Of a stretch of 64,000 nt of DNA, positions 9,591-19,915 are shown one piece after another (position 1 is the first letter of the stretch; each line of letters opens with the position of its first letter). The stretch is from a virus, in IMG/VR virus record IMGVR_UViG_3300009414_000001, positions 1 to 64,000 of that record; one strand, 5' to 3'. The translations under genes were made by a program, and so were the position numbers. Under the pieces are notes generated by a model. The model saw only the letters and a list, made by a program, of their open reading frames with translations, was not told the DNA's origin and searched no databases.

Positions 9591-11207
9591 TTAAGACGCT
9601 ATGTTTGTGATAGTGGTCTTAGCGAAGTAAGCAGATCCATTATCAGGATGAACTTGACCGTATTCGCTGCCCCACATGGTGTCTGAGTGAACCAAGTTGC
9701 CGCCAACATCATGCTTAAACGAGATTGGTGGGATTGCAGTACCAGCAACATAGCCAGAGTCGCCATGGTTACTACCTTTCGCGTACCACAAGATATCGTT
9801 AGTACCTAAATCATCTAATGGAACAGGCACTTCATAGATGCGGTATTTACCGAATAACATGCCAGTTAAATGCACTTGTGGAACACGCTTGTAATTAGGT
9901 ACTGGCTTAAAGAAATCAGAGCCTAACGCTTGAAGGAATGCACTAGCACCTAAACCAACATAAGCGCCGATAATTCCCGACTTTTTGTTAGCGTTAGTTA
10001 CTTCTGCATCAAGCGCAGTCATGAACTCGCCGAACTCTTCGTATTTTTCACGGAAGTAAGCGCCAGCAGGAACGTGTTTGTTGAACACACCAGTTCTAGT
10101 TGCAGCAAAAGCCATATCACGTAAGCGGCGTGTATCAGTTTCGTAAGCAATCAAGTTAGACATTGAATTGATTAACAGTGACTCAATGTCAATGTTATGC
10201 TCGCGGCGCATTTTATGCAGCGATTGGATGCTTGCTTGGCTATTGATGCTAACTTCATACGGCTTAACTTCTACAACAGACATCTTGTGGCTGACTGTAG
10301 GGATTAAGGAAGGGTTAGTTTCGATGTCTATTTCAAATTGGAAATGAAGCTCACCTGTGGTAATTGCCGCAGAGCTGTTTAGCACGACACTGCCGCCGCT
10401 ATGATCTACCGTACCAGATAAGGTTGTATTACCAATTTTTCCAAATAACACACCATCTTTTTCTTGTGCGACAGGAATGCGATCATGATAAATGACAACA
10501 CTGTCGGCTTTGATTTCATGCTTCTTAAGTGAAGGTAAATCAGTGGCGGTATCAAAAGTAAATTGCTGCTTAGCCGCTTGAGGCTGCTCACCAGCAGGAA
10601 AAGGGTATCGCTGGCGCTGCTGAGAAAACTGACCCATTGAGCCTTCGGCAATTATAGTGCCTTGTGTGTACTCACCACTTGTCGACGCTGCAATAGTGGT
10701 GATACGGAAGATTTCAGCAATATCTTTACCAGCTGGGATCAATGTCACCGCATGGTTAGTTGCACACTTCAAGTAAACGGGTAAAACCGTTGCAACAACG
10801 CGAGCACGCTCAAGCACACCATCAGAAGTCGATAAAGAGGTTTCAGCACTCGCAAGCATCAAGCCTGCTTGTGAGTTAGAAGGGGTTTTCATTAAACCCA
10901 TTAAGTTTTCAGCTGTCTTATGTGCGGCAGCTAAAAGCTCATTTGATGGTGCTTCACCGTTATTGTCCATTGCATAGTTTTCAAGTGCAGAACCCCACGC
11001 AGGCGCGATAACGTTTGCTTCGGCTTCCGATAAGCTACCGATACCAGCAGTACTTGCTAGCATTAACGCTACAGCACCATAACGCGCCTTTTTGTCAGCA
11101 ATTAAAGCGCCGCCTTCAAACTGAGGATTAACCACAGCATTTTTCATTTGTGTAGCACGGATAGCAATATCGCCCTCGCGTGCATGTAACTTCATCTTGT
11201 CATTCAT
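9591..11207 (-). CDS. Major capsid protein precursor (P1 gp23)
   Basis: 538 aa; AWGSAL..YA, LLAAAH.T.EN, S.SDGV and D.MWGS motifs as in P1 gp23. Confidence 0.9.
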   Translation of the reverse strand: MNDKMKLHAREGDIAIRATQMKNAVVNPQFEGGALIADKKARYGAVALMLASTAGIGSLSEAEANVIAPAWGSALENYAMDNNGEAPSNELLAAAHKTAENLMGLMKTPSNSQAGLMLASAETSLSTSDGVLERARVVATVLPVYLKCATNHAVTLIPAGKDIAEIFRITTIAASTSGEYTQGTIIAEGSMGQFSQQRQRYPFPAGEQPQAAKQQFTFDTATDLPSLKKHEIKADSVVIYHDRIPVAQEKDGVLFGKIGNTTLSGTVDHSGGSVVLNSSAAITTGELHFQFEIDIETNPSLIPTVSHKMSVVEVKPYEVSINSQASIQSLHKMRREHNIDIESLLINSMSNLIAYETDTRRLRDMAFAATRTGVFNKHVPAGAYFREKYEEFGEFMTALDAEVTNANKKSGIIGAYVGLGASAFLQALGSDFFKPVPNYKRVPQVHLTGMLFGKYRIYEVPVPLDDLGTNDILWYAKGSNHGDSGYVAGTAIPPISFKHDVGGNLVHSDTMWGSEYGQVHPDNGSAYFAKTTITNIAS

Positions 11208-11421
11208 TTTAGACGTTCCTGTTAATAATGTTAGTACATAAGTAAAGGCAAAAACGCCTTGACTTTTGTAGTCTAAAACGAGAGAAAAATATTACTGAGA
11301 AAAACCAACAACTAAAAAAAAGCAAAACTATGAATAAATTTTGCAATCAATCAAATCTTTCATATGAGTGCTTCAAATGTTATATTTGACTTAAATTAAA
11401 GCAAGGTAGTGAGATAAACAC

Positions 11422-11685
11422 ATGGAGCAAAAATTCGTAACACTAGGCGTATTTAAGGATTTAGTAGGATCTGGCGGTATTGGCGAGGTGGTAGCGCAAA
11501 AGAATGATAGTGAGAAGTACATGCTATTTGGTATATCAACCAATAAAGAAACAGTTTTTTTAGTGAAGACGTCGAGAGGAATTAACCACCTGAAAGAATG
11601 GGACGGCTTAGGCTATCTAGGTGACTTTATTGAAAGTACTGGGATATCTGAGTTTAAGGTAATAGGATTACTTAAGAAAGAGTGA
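11422..11685 (+). CDS. Small ParC-like plasmid accessory protein (tentative)
   Basis: 87 aa; the pattern TSRG....EW..L..LG.F.ES.GI.EF.V recalls small plasmid ParC-type proteins. Confidence 0.45.
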   Translation: MEQKFVTLGVFKDLVGSGGIGEVVAQKNDSEKYMLFGISTNKETVFLVKTSRGINHLKEWDGLGYLGDFIESTGISEFKVIGLLKKE

Positions 11686-11691
11686 CAAATA

Positions 11692-11739
11692 AAACACTCA
11701 AGAAACACAAATAACATTTAATTGTGTTTCTTGGGTGTT
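11692..11739. terminator. Long hairpin between convergent genes
   Basis: AACACTCAAGAAACACAA...TTGTGTTTCTTGGGTGTT. Confidence 0.65.
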
Positions 11740-11746
11740 AGGAATG

Positions 11747-12256
11747 TTATTTTGCAAATTTAGGCGTTAATGCCCTATCGCAGAACCACCACATTGCCGC
11801 AGTCGAAGCCGTATAGAATACCGTGTAAATCATATACCTAATAATCTCTCGCATTTCACCAGTAGAAAAGGCGTTATTAAGTGAATGCGCCTTATCTGAA
11901 AAAGCTGACATAATAGATAGAAACATCAAGGTAGCTACAAAAATCAATAAGGTCGTTAAGAATGGCCTAAACACCACTTTTATATTATTAGCCCATGGTG
12001 ATGTATTACTATTAGAGAGGCTTGCATCTGACTCAATGGAGTTGCTTAGCGCCTCGCCTTTGGCTATATCTGCCCTAGCACTAATATCTAGGCTTGCCAT
12101 CTCCTTATCATGCTTCCACTTGTCTTTTTCGTGGCTCTGGCGTAGCTTTTCTTGATAGTACTTACCTATCTGACCAAAAACCCCACCTATAGCGCCAGTG
12201 ATCACACCACCAACACCAGCTGTAGCACCGTTAAATAAACTGGTAAGCCATTCCAT
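11747..12256 (-). CDS. Holin-like membrane protein
   Basis: N-terminal Gly-rich hydrophobic stretch, RPFLT followed by TM helices, C-terminal WWF.DR; directly after the lysin. Confidence 0.6.
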   Translation of the reverse strand: MEWLTSLFNGATAGVGGVITGAIGGVFGQIGKYYQEKLRQSHEKDKWKHDKEMASLDISARADIAKGEALSNSIESDASLSNSNTSPWANNIKVVFRPFLTTLLIFVATLMFLSIMSAFSDKAHSLNNAFSTGEMREIIRYMIYTVFYTASTAAMWWFCDRALTPKFAK

Positions 12257-12257
12257 A

Positions 12258-12758
12258 TTAAGCAGCCTCGTTGTAAATTAGTCGGTTAGCATTAGCAACA
12301 TATTCTTCGGGCTTTCCTGCGCCTGCCTCAGAGTTATGATTATCTTTCCAATAATCAGCACGCCCTTCTAATGTGATAGGTATAGGGGCTGTTATCTTTA
12401 AGTACTTAAGGCGAGTGAATATTATTGCAAGTAGTGGATTAAAATCTAACTCACGCAACTGGACTGTTTTAACATCAATACCATAGCGCTTAATAACCTT
12501 TTGGCGGTCTTTCTCTCTAACTCGCTTGCGAACATCAAGAAACCCTATGCGATCAAACTGGGTTACGCCAGCGCCTTGACCGTAAACACTGCGGTCTTTA
12601 CAGCCACCTAATAACGTTTCTTGAGCACAAATCTCTTTCATGGCGATATCGGCGTTGTCGTTACCACCATTACCCAGCGTTTCACAAACATCTTTGATGA
12701 TCATATCTAAATGAAAGATGCTAATTAACCCGTAACCCACTATCTTTTTTATATTCAT
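12258..12758 (-). CDS. Putative endolysin (lysozyme/transglycosylase-like fold)
   Basis: AQET..G, G.TQFD, RL.Y, A.YWK..HN...G.G motifs; paired with the holin-like gene. Confidence 0.6.
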   Translation of the reverse strand: MNIKKIVGYGLISIFHLDMIIKDVCETLGNGGNDNADIAMKEICAQETLLGGCKDRSVYGQGAGVTQFDRIGFLDVRKRVREKDRQKVIKRYGIDVKTVQLRELDFNPLLAIIFTRLKYLKITAPIPITLEGRADYWKDNHNSEAGAGKPEEYVANANRLIYNEAA

Positions 12759-12771
12759 ATTTAACAACCTT

Positions 12772-12788
12772 TAGTTTATTTGTTAGTA
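12772..12788 (-). promoter_or_regulatory. 17-bp motif TACTAACAAATAAACTA (candidate C1 operator)
   Basis: One of at least 13 copies; upstream of the lysis genes. Confidence 0.55.
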
Positions 12789-12815
12789 TTCTTAATCTTA
12801 AATAAAAACGCCAAA

Positions 12816-13301
12816 TCAAGAAACACTTCCCGTTAATGGCGCACCTAGATTTGTGACGCCCGACCATATTATTGTTTTTGTCACAGACTCCACTGCAACA
12901 AACAACGCCTCAAAATATGGCGTTGACTCACTAGTCGTAATAACACCCATAATAGCCGCTTTATAAGCGCCCACTTTCGTCGCCGCATCATTCCCTAAAA
13001 TAGACACGCACGGCGGCACAGGCGCTAAATGTGAAGTAGCCCAGTAATCGGCAAACATTTGCGCCAATACATCAACATTATTCGTCACACTACCCGTTAG
13101 GCCAGCATAAGCAGCGCCAATAACCCCAGCTGAGCCTGCACCAGTCGCAATAGGATTCACACTAGCACTAGCATCGCCATGATAAGCGTTCTGCCACGCT
13201 GACTTCATGAGATTTAGCGAAGTATTGACGTCATTAGTTGATATAACGTCTTGGTACGCACTATTAATACTGGAAGCAACACCAGCAGCATTTAGGGGCA
13301 T
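12816..13301 (-). CDS. Hypothetical virion-associated protein downstream of the spike gene
   Basis: 161 aa ORF coupled to the gp5 stop. Confidence 0.6.
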   Translation of the reverse strand: MPLNAAGVASSINSAYQDVISTNDVNTSLNLMKSAWQNAYHGDASASVNPIATGAGSAGVIGAAYAGLTGSVTNNVDVLAQMFADYWATSHLAPVPPCVSILGNDAATKVGAYKAAIMGVITTSESTPYFEALFVAVESVTKTIIWSGVTNLGAPLTGSVS

Positions 13302-14146
13302 TATTCTTGTACCTTCACTGTTCCTGATAAAACATCTTCAAATGTCATTATCTTGGTTGGCGTTGAAGTGGGTGAACCTAGATTTCCTATGACCGTATGA
13401 GTGTTAAAGGTTTCGATTATATGCCTAAGCAATGCAACCAACTTATCACCCATCACAGCAGGCTCTAACCCTTCGCTACCTACATCTATTGTAGGGGCGA
13501 TTACTTTTACATGGCCTGTTGAATTGATCGTAGTGGTGCCGCCGACATTCATCACCCAGTTACCTTCGATATTCTCTTGAAGCTTACCCGTACCACTACG
13601 GTAAGTGTCACCTTCTGTATGTAATACGCTATGGCCTTCATTCGTAAACTCAAATGATGTGCCACTCGCCTTATGCGTTAATCGGTAACTTGAGTCGGGC
13701 GCTATTTCTATCAATACACCAAATCGACTAAAGACCACTGCATCATGGTATTGAGGCACTGGCGGCGTAGGCTCGTCAGCGTGGCGTAAGTGAGTATGTT
13801 TTTCTTCGCCAGCAAATGCCTCATGAGGCATGTTAGGTATACCATCTGGCGCATAGTGACAACTTCCTGTTATACGTGGAAGGCGAGTATCACCATTGAT
13901 AAAATCGACCCATACATAATCATCAACAAGACAAGGCTCAAAGCCGCCCTCATTCATTCTCGCACCTATCGGAAGCTTATACTCAGCCCATGGCAGCACA
14001 TCATCAGTTAAATCATCCCACACTGATAGCAGGCGCACTTTTGCCCTCATCAACTGCGCTGGATCTTCGGTGCTAACAACGACAGCCCTATACTCGCCGT
14101 GCAGCAAGCCTTTTGCGTTGCTCGCCTGCTCATTAAAACTGTTCAT
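13301..14146 (-). CDS. Baseplate spike gpV/gp5-like (P1 gp5)
   Basis: YRAVVVS..DP...MR..VRL, LPWAEY, D.VWV.F..GD.R.P.I, FN.HT..GN. Confidence 0.9.
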   Translation of the reverse strand: MNSFNEQASNAKGLLHGEYRAVVVSTEDPAQLMRAKVRLLSVWDDLTDDVLPWAEYKLPIGARMNEGGFEPCLVDDYVWVDFINGDTRLPRITGSCHYAPDGIPNMPHEAFAGEEKHTHLRHADEPTPPVPQYHDAVVFSRFGVLIEIAPDSSYRLTHKASGTSFEFTNEGHSVLHTEGDTYRSGTGKLQENIEGNWVMNVGGTTTINSTGHVKVIAPTIDVGSEGLEPAVMGDKLVALLRHIIETFNTHTVIGNLGSPTSTPTKIMTFEDVLSGTVKVQE

Positions 14147-15107
14147 AGGTTGAAACCTCTATATTACAAGAATAAACAAGCCCTAATTGATAATGAGTAA
14201 TGCGACTAATAATTCCCTCATCAGGTAGGCTTTCATCAATAACTCTTTCGGTGTTATGGCGATGAAATATCATTTCAATCTTTTTACTAGGCGACATTTG
14301 CAGCGAACCAAATGAGTTTAAATTGAGTGCTGGCAAAAATTGCTTACTTAACTTTTCAAGCTGCGGAACAGAGCGATGAGGCACAAATAGCGGCGTGCCG
14401 TCTAGCGATTCATCTCCTACCATTCCGCCAACCATAGACCACGAAAAATAAGCCTTGCCTACTTCCCTAGCCCATACCTTAGAGAGATCGAAAGGTGATA
14501 GCGCAGAGATAGGGCGCTCAGCAGCAGGATTGTTGTATTCAAGCGTTACAATCTTTTCTTGATCAACAATGCTCTGACAGCTTTTGATATAACCAACCCC
14601 TCGCACAATAAAAACGCTAACCCCCAAGTCGCGCTCTATTTTTCTAATGAGCTGGCTTGGCGTAGAATCTTGTAATAAGTGATAGGTATACAAGCCACTG
14701 ATAGCCTCTTCTTCCCACTCACCAACATCAGGCAGCAAAGTTTTGATTATGGTTGAAGCCGATTCATCAACAAAAAATAGAGGTCTTCTTGCTGGCACCT
14801 TGGAAAGAGAAACATTTTTTTGAAGGGCATTCACTACAATGACATTACCACCAGCAGGATTAACGGTTAATACCTCAAATTCCTCAGTAAACGAATCGTT
14901 ACTAAAGTCATCGAATACAATCTCAATAATAGCGCCAGACTTAAAGCCGTAATCATCACGAATAAGCGAGCCTGCATCAGTAAACTCAAGCATAAGCTGT
15001 GCGCCATCAAGGCTCATGAATTCAATATAGGCACAACTTAGCATTAGTATCGGATCAACCAATACACCATTACACTTTATAGACCTAACAAGTGCTTCAT
15101 TTAGCAT
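14133..15107 (-). CDS. Baseplate hub protein (P1 gp6, gp27/gpD-like)
   Basis: Y.E..SLDG.QL.L, DESLP...I...THY motifs; synteny. Confidence 0.8.
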   Translation of the reverse strand: MLNEALVRSIKCNGVLVDPILMLSCAYIEFMSLDGAQLMLEFTDAGSLIRDDYGFKSGAIIEIVFDDFSNDSFTEEFEVLTVNPAGGNVIVVNALQKNVSLSKVPARRPLFFVDESASTIIKTLLPDVGEWEEEAISGLYTYHLLQDSTPSQLIRKIERDLGVSVFIVRGVGYIKSCQSIVDQEKIVTLEYNNPAAERPISALSPFDLSKVWAREVGKAYFSWSMVGGMVGDESLDGTPLFVPHRSVPQLEKLSKQFLPALNLNSFGSLQMSPSKKIEMIFHRHNTERVIDESLPDEGIISRITHYQLGLVYSCNIEVSTYEQF

Positions 15108-15883
15108 TATGTAATTAACTCTTTAAGCGAGCCTTCGTAGCGCATCGCTGTATTTGGAAAAGAAAAGGCGGTCACAGTATCAGCGATAACACTTATCGTT
15201 ATTTCATTACTTAGCAGGCGTTTTGATTGAGAATCAGAGATCACTTTACTCATCATTTCACTACCTAGTGAATCAATGTCGACATCAAGTGTAACAGGCA
15301 TACCCATCAGCATCGTTTTAGCCTTGAACCTTGTAGATACACCGTACTTCTCATAGGCCACTGAATCCTTAAAATACTGGCTTGCATGACGCACAAGCAT
15401 CGACTGACGCAAGAAAGAACGTAACGCCAGCGTTAAAGCCGTTAAAGTGGGGTTATCCCAAGCGCAGACAACAACGCGATAAGATAGTGCCACTTTATCA
15501 ATGAACGTTTCAACGTCCCAGCCACCCTCTGTCGACTCGAAGCTATCTAAAAGAACAGGGATATGATCAGTTAAAGCTGCCGAATCAATAACACTGCCTG
15601 ACGTATAATAAACCGCTGGCAAGACACTCGCCTCAATCCCTTTACTTTTCGCCGCTCTCTCGAATCGGTCAACAAATTCAGAAGGAGAACCATGATCATC
15701 AAATAAGACCACCTTTTCTATTGCTGGTCTTTTTAAGAACTTAATTGCTGCTAAATTTTCTTTGCGATCTGCATCAGTAATAACGGTATTCTCAAACGCC
15801 TGACGTAGCCACTTACCAAAAGCCTTGTCGACATCGGTTAAATTGGTTGTCTCTCGCATTTCACTTGTTATTTTCACTGACAA
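15107..15883 (-). CDS. Tail completion protein (P1 gp24)
   Basis: VD.A....L..AF, FLKR, LPAV.Y; synteny 7-24-6-5. Confidence 0.7.
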   Translation of the reverse strand: MSVKITSEMRETTNLTDVDKAFGKWLRQAFENTVITDADRKENLAAIKFLKRPAIEKVVLFDDHGSPSEFVDRFERAAKSKGIEASVLPAVYYTSGSVIDSAALTDHIPVLLDSFESTEGGWDVETFIDKVALSYRVVVCAWDNPTLTALTLALRSFLRQSMLVRHASQYFKDSVAYEKYGVSTRFKAKTMLMGMPVTLDVDIDSLGSEMMSKVISDSQSKRLLSNEITISVIADTVTAFSFPNTAMRYEGSLKELIT

Positions 15884-15956
15884 GGCACCTGTGTTTTAAA
15901 ATGTTTGTTAATTTTGTTAGATGATACATCGCATTGATAAAAACCACACTACCTAG

Positions 15957-16466
15957 TTATGAAATAGCTGGCAGCTCATCACTATCGCCCGTAAAAGGTA
16001 ATAGGTAGTAAATATGGTTTAGACCTTGGTTATCTGTAGCTCTTACTTTATGAACCGAATAAAAAACCGAAATACTCTTTCGTTTAGAGTTCATCACATT
16101 AAACATGATGGCACTACCTTCGGGTACATTGCGTTTATTGATTTTAACGGCTATAGGCTCATTTGCACCGCCTGTTATATCACTATCATCAGTAGATAAC
16201 GTCAAATAACTCACACTGCTAGGCATATCAACCATAACAATTAGCTCAGGCTCACCTAGATCAGTTTCATTCTCAACCTCATCAAGCACTAAGGGGGCAT
16301 CTTCTTCATAGTGACTTTCCGCAGCTGGCGCAGTAGCCTCAACAGTTATAGAAGGCCATAAGATAGCATCGTAGGCATTCGGATCTTTTTCTATCTTTTT
16401 TATTTCACTGTCGCGCAATATTTTATTTAACTTAGTGTTATTGCGATTCTTTGAGCGCATTGTCAT
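15957..16466 (-). CDS. Head closure / neck protein (P1 gp7)
   Basis: I..DP.A.DA.L, PELI..VD.P, NVPEGS, Y.VHK, YY..PF. Confidence 0.75.
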   Translation of the reverse strand: MTMRSKNRNNTKLNKILRDSEIKKIEKDPNAYDAILWPSITVEATAPAAESHYEEDAPLVLDEVENETDLGEPELIVMVDMPSSVSYLTLSTDDSDITGGANEPIAVKINKRNVPEGSAIMFNVMNSKRKSISVFYSVHKVRATDNQGLNHIYYLLPFTGDSDELPAIS

Positions 16467-16470
16467 TGAA

Positions 16471-17613
16471 TTACCCTTTCAACTTACCCTTTAATCTATT
16501 TAAGTTTGCTTTAGATAACTTCTGCTTCTCTGCAAACCGACTTAATATATCTTCATTTGAGGCACCAAACGCTTTAGCGCCTTCTGAAAACGACTTGTAG
16601 GAATCTGATATCTTTTTATCTTTAAGCTTCTGATTTTGCGCCCTAGCTCGCTTAAGCTGTGTCTGCAACGTTTGCAGTTTATTTGCATCTTTTTTTATTC
16701 TGTTAGCGAGCCGAACCTTATTCCTTAAATGCTTTTCAAAGGCTTTCTTCTCTCGTTCAGAGTCAAGAGCACCACGACGAGATAAACTATTGGCTTTTTT
16801 TATCTCATCTTTTTCGAAGTAAAATTTATTCTTATCGCCATAGCCGACTTTAGCTGCTGCCTTAGCCATGGTTTTTGCGATAAGTTTAATCCAGCTAACC
16901 GACTTAAGCTTATTTAACGCAAGTAAAACGTGCTTACATGCCACCCCTTCACCGTGGGGGTTTCTAATCTTAGGGAAAGCATACTCTTTAGGGGATAACG
17001 CAAAATTACCAGCAGTCGCTAAGTAGCGATAAGTATATTGATGCTGCCCACAATTACACTCAAAGGAAAGATTGTCCGATATGATCTTCCTTATTGTTTT
17101 TTCATCACCTTTGACCGTTCCCTCAGAATCACTCATGCGATCAAACCAAGATTCAAAGCGAATCTGTACGCGATATGCACCGCCAGTCGTACTCGCATCT
17201 GATGATTGAACGTTTACCGTGAATATGTCACCAATAACACCAACAGGAGAGGCATTTTTAACACCTGTCCCATCATTTACACGGTTATTTGAGCGATCTA
17301 AATCTTTCTTGGTAGAGTTGGCAACTATCTGAGCGTAGGTGATACCTCTTTCACTCTTGTTGAACTTCTTACCTAAGTATTCCTTTACTCGCTTAAAGTC
17401 CACCAAATCAGCTGTAGTAAAGCCTGTACCATCACTTTTTTTACCTAAGCTTGAAAGCGGCAAGTTACTCTTTGCATTAAGTAACGCTGGCGTTAAAGTT
17501 CGCTTACCAAACTTACGCGCCTTAGCGTTAGCCTTGGCGATTTTATTATGCATGGCGTTGAATTTTCTTGGCTCTATGTCCTCGAAATCAAAGTCCATAT
17601 TAAATTCAGCCAC
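16471..17613 (-). CDS. P1 gp25-like protein with a SWIM-type Zn finger
   Basis: LSFECNCGQHQY.YRY.ATAGN...KEYAFPKIRNP...GVACKHVL closely matches P1 gp25. Confidence 0.9.
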   Translation of the reverse strand: MAEFNMDFDFEDIEPRKFNAMHNKIAKANAKARKFGKRTLTPALLNAKSNLPLSSLGKKSDGTGFTTADLVDFKRVKEYLGKKFNKSERGITYAQIVANSTKKDLDRSNNRVNDGTGVKNASPVGVIGDIFTVNVQSSDASTTGGAYRVQIRFESWFDRMSDSEGTVKGDEKTIRKIISDNLSFECNCGQHQYTYRYLATAGNFALSPKEYAFPKIRNPHGEGVACKHVLLALNKLKSVSWIKLIAKTMAKAAAKVGYGDKNKFYFEKDEIKKANSLSRRGALDSEREKKAFEKHLRNKVRLANRIKKDANKLQTLQTQLKRARAQNQKLKDKKISDSYKSFSEGAKAFGASNEDILSRFAEKQKLSKANLNRLKGKLKG

Positions 17614-17615
17614 AA

Positions 17616-17918
17616 CTAACCACCATGCGACTTAATTTTTTTGCGGATTAAATGCGCTGGCGGATAAAGCAAAGGCTCACCTACTGGCAGCGCATCTAGC
17701 TCATCAGTAAGACCAGCGATAAGCAACACCACCCAGCGACACTCTGGCGTGCCGTAAATTCGATAGGACGCCAGCTCAGGGCGATACTCTTCATCGACAG
17801 CCATAGAACGAGCGATCCAGTCCGTCTTATCACTCGCCAGCAAATCTCTGTGCATGATATTCCTAAGAATAGGATCATCTATATTCAAATCAGAAAGGCG
17901 ACTTAAGTTATTTGACAT
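17616..17918 (-). CDS. Baseplate protein, gp53/LysM-like (P1 gp26)
   Basis: DEEYRPELASYRIYG..E.RWVV; start taken at MSNNLSR (17918). Confidence 0.85.
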   Translation of the reverse strand: MSNNLSRLSDLNIDDPILRNIMHRDLLASDKTDWIARSMAVDEEYRPELASYRIYGTPECRWVVLLIAGLTDELDALPVGEPLLYPPAHLIRKKIKSHGG

Positions 17919-18597
17919 AAGTAAAGCCCTCTGGAATGCCAGTATTATCGTGAATGTCAGCAAGGTTTCGAGACTTAATTAAGTCATGGTGCTTTTGTTC
18001 ATGATGTTTAGTTAAGGATGACTTTTGAGCGGAAATGCGTAGCGATACCGCCTCCTTGGCACCCTTTACACTGGCAAACATCGCCTTAAGTACAGGCAAA
18101 TGACTAGGATTGTTACTAACTACAGCGTAAATGACGAGCAATAAGGCTCTGTGACTTGCTTTTATGGACTCCCATTCGAGCTGGAATACTGTTCGGCCTT
18201 TATCGTCGATAACTTCATTAATATTTGACTGGGGGATAGCTAAACTTGCTACACTTTCGCCGTAGACGATAACGCCGCCACTATTCATAGCGCGGTATTG
18301 TTTCATCGCCATATTAACAACGGTAACACCTGACACATCGTCCATGGTGTCCATACTTATCTGGTAAGCACCTCTAACTTTTATCGTTGAAAAACCTTCC
18401 TCGATAAAAACTAAAAAACCTTTTTTGACACGCTCTTTTACTATCTTGGTTATTGGCTCTTTATAGCCAGCAACACCAACAGGAAACGTATCAACTTTAA
18501 CAATACTTAACTGACCAGAGCGCCATGACGCAAGCACACCACAAGGGGAGCCGCCTATGGTAGACACGCAATATATTTTCTTATCGTTGTTTGTCAT
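17908..18597 (-). CDS. Conserved P1-like phage protein of unknown function
   Basis: KKI..VS...G.P, KGFLV..EE, WE..K...RA.LL.IYA resemble a P1-family hypothetical protein. Confidence 0.6.
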   Translation of the reverse strand: MTNNDKKIYCVSTIGGSPCGVLASWRSGQLSIVKVDTFPVGVAGYKEPITKIVKERVKKGFLVFIEEGFSTIKVRGAYQISMDTMDDVSGVTVVNMAMKQYRAMNSGGVIVYGESVASLAIPQSNINEVIDDKGRTVFQLEWESIKASHRALLLVIYAVVSNNPSHLPVLKAMFASVKGAKEAVSLRISAQKSSLTKHHEQKHHDLIKSRNLADIHDNTGIPEGFTYVK

Positions 18598-18733
18598 TTT
18601 AAGCCTTTGGTTTATTTGTTAGTACAATGATAATTCAAAGGCAAAAAAAAACCTAACGAGAAAAATCAAGTTAGGCTAAAGTTTCATGAGACTTCAACAG
18701 CCGTCCAAACTGCTTATGATTTATACTACTAGC

Positions 18734-19390
18734 TTATTTGTTAGTATGCAACAGGTTAGAGTAAACTGGCTTGTAATCGATAAGTTTCCAAAGCTGCATT
18801 ATCAACTCTTCTTGAGTGCCGTTAACTTTCTCCCACAAAGCCTTGCCGCCTTCCGCCCCTTTAGCATGGATAGGAAACACATCGGGATAGAGGGCTTGCA
18901 TTTCTTTGGTCATCGGCGTGTCATGATGCCACTGGCACAGCCCTAGACAGTGTTCATGCGCATACGGCTTCGTTCTACCATCGCAATGATGCACTGAAAC
19001 ATAACTACCCTCACCAGCTGTCGTTATCCCAGCGTTAATACAAGCAATACAGCCCACAGCAGCCATTTTATTATGTAGCGCTTTTTCACTGCTACTTACC
19101 GACTTGCCAGCCAATCCTTTTGATTTGATCGGCTTCCTCGTTACGATTTTAGTGAAGCTTTTTTTATTTTTAGCTATTTTCTTATCAAATGCTATTTTAG
19201 CTTTTTCCTTTTGCTTGGCTTTATATTCTGGCGTTTGCTGCTTAGCTCTGGTCTTTTCTTGTGATGCAATCGCTTTAGCTCTGGCCTTTTCCCTTTGCTC
19301 TGGTGAATTTGCCTTATCTATAGCGCGCTGCCTTGCTCGCTTTTGAGTTGCAAGCGCCTGCTCTCGTTTTTCCTTTTCACTTTTTGCCAT
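18734..19390 (-). CDS. ref: Ref recombination-enhancement nuclease (RecA-dependent HNH)
   Basis: Basic N-terminus, IKSKGL.G, CIAC, VSVHH..GRT, LC.WHH, P.HA.G..GGK as in P1 Ref. Confidence 0.9.
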   Translation of the reverse strand: MAKSEKEKREQALATQKRARQRAIDKANSPEQREKARAKAIASQEKTRAKQQTPEYKAKQKEKAKIAFDKKIAKNKKSFTKIVTRKPIKSKGLAGKSVSSSEKALHNKMAAVGCIACINAGITTAGEGSYVSVHHCDGRTKPYAHEHCLGLCQWHHDTPMTKEMQALYPDVFPIHAKGAEGGKALWEKVNGTQEELIMQLWKLIDYKPVYSNLLHTNK

Positions 19391-19503
19391 GACACACCTT
19401 TGTATGTTACTTGTAAGTTAAATGTAATTCATTTAGCTGTATTGATTGTGTATAACTCTGTTAGTTTATTTGTTAGTACGTGACTAGCGAGCAAAAAACA
19501 GCG

Positions 19504-19740
19504 CTAACTGTTTTTAGAAGATGCCGCAGCAACAAAGGCGTAGCACGTATCAGAATGCGCCTCAAGGCGCTTAACTTTCTGACTGATAGTCGTTGTTGAT
19601 AAGTTATATTTCCTCTCGACAGCGTAGCTCGTATAACCATTAAGAAGAACATCCCTCAAGGCTGGCCTATGCAGCTCTTTAACATTTAGCTGTTCGAAGG
19701 CAACGAGCAATTGCGCCTCATTAAATTTTACGGACATCAT
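19504..19740 (-). CDS. Small HTH regulator (PapB/FocB-like)
   Basis: ALRDVLLNG.....VE.KY.......SQ...RL. Confidence 0.5.
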   Translation of the reverse strand: MMSVKFNEAQLLVAFEQLNVKELHRPALRDVLLNGYTSYAVERKYNLSTTTISQKVKRLEAHSDTCYAFVAAASSKNS

Positions 19741-19823
19741 TACCCTTATATATTTCTAATAGATTAGACCAATATAATACAGGTGATAATATACTTGCAA
19801 GTAAAATTACTCCTGTGTTTTGT

Positions 19824-19857
19824 GGTACTTGTTATTTCACGGATAATGGCAATTAGA
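19824..19857. promoter_or_regulatory. 34-bp palindrome family member (TACTTG-N18-CAATTAG)
   Basis: GGTACTTG-TTATTTCACGGATAATGG-CAATTAGA. Confidence 0.5.
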
Positions 19858-19915
19858 AAAGCCAGCTACAATAGAGTATCTGGCTTTTTTATGTTTTCTA
19901 CTTGCTGTTTATGGT

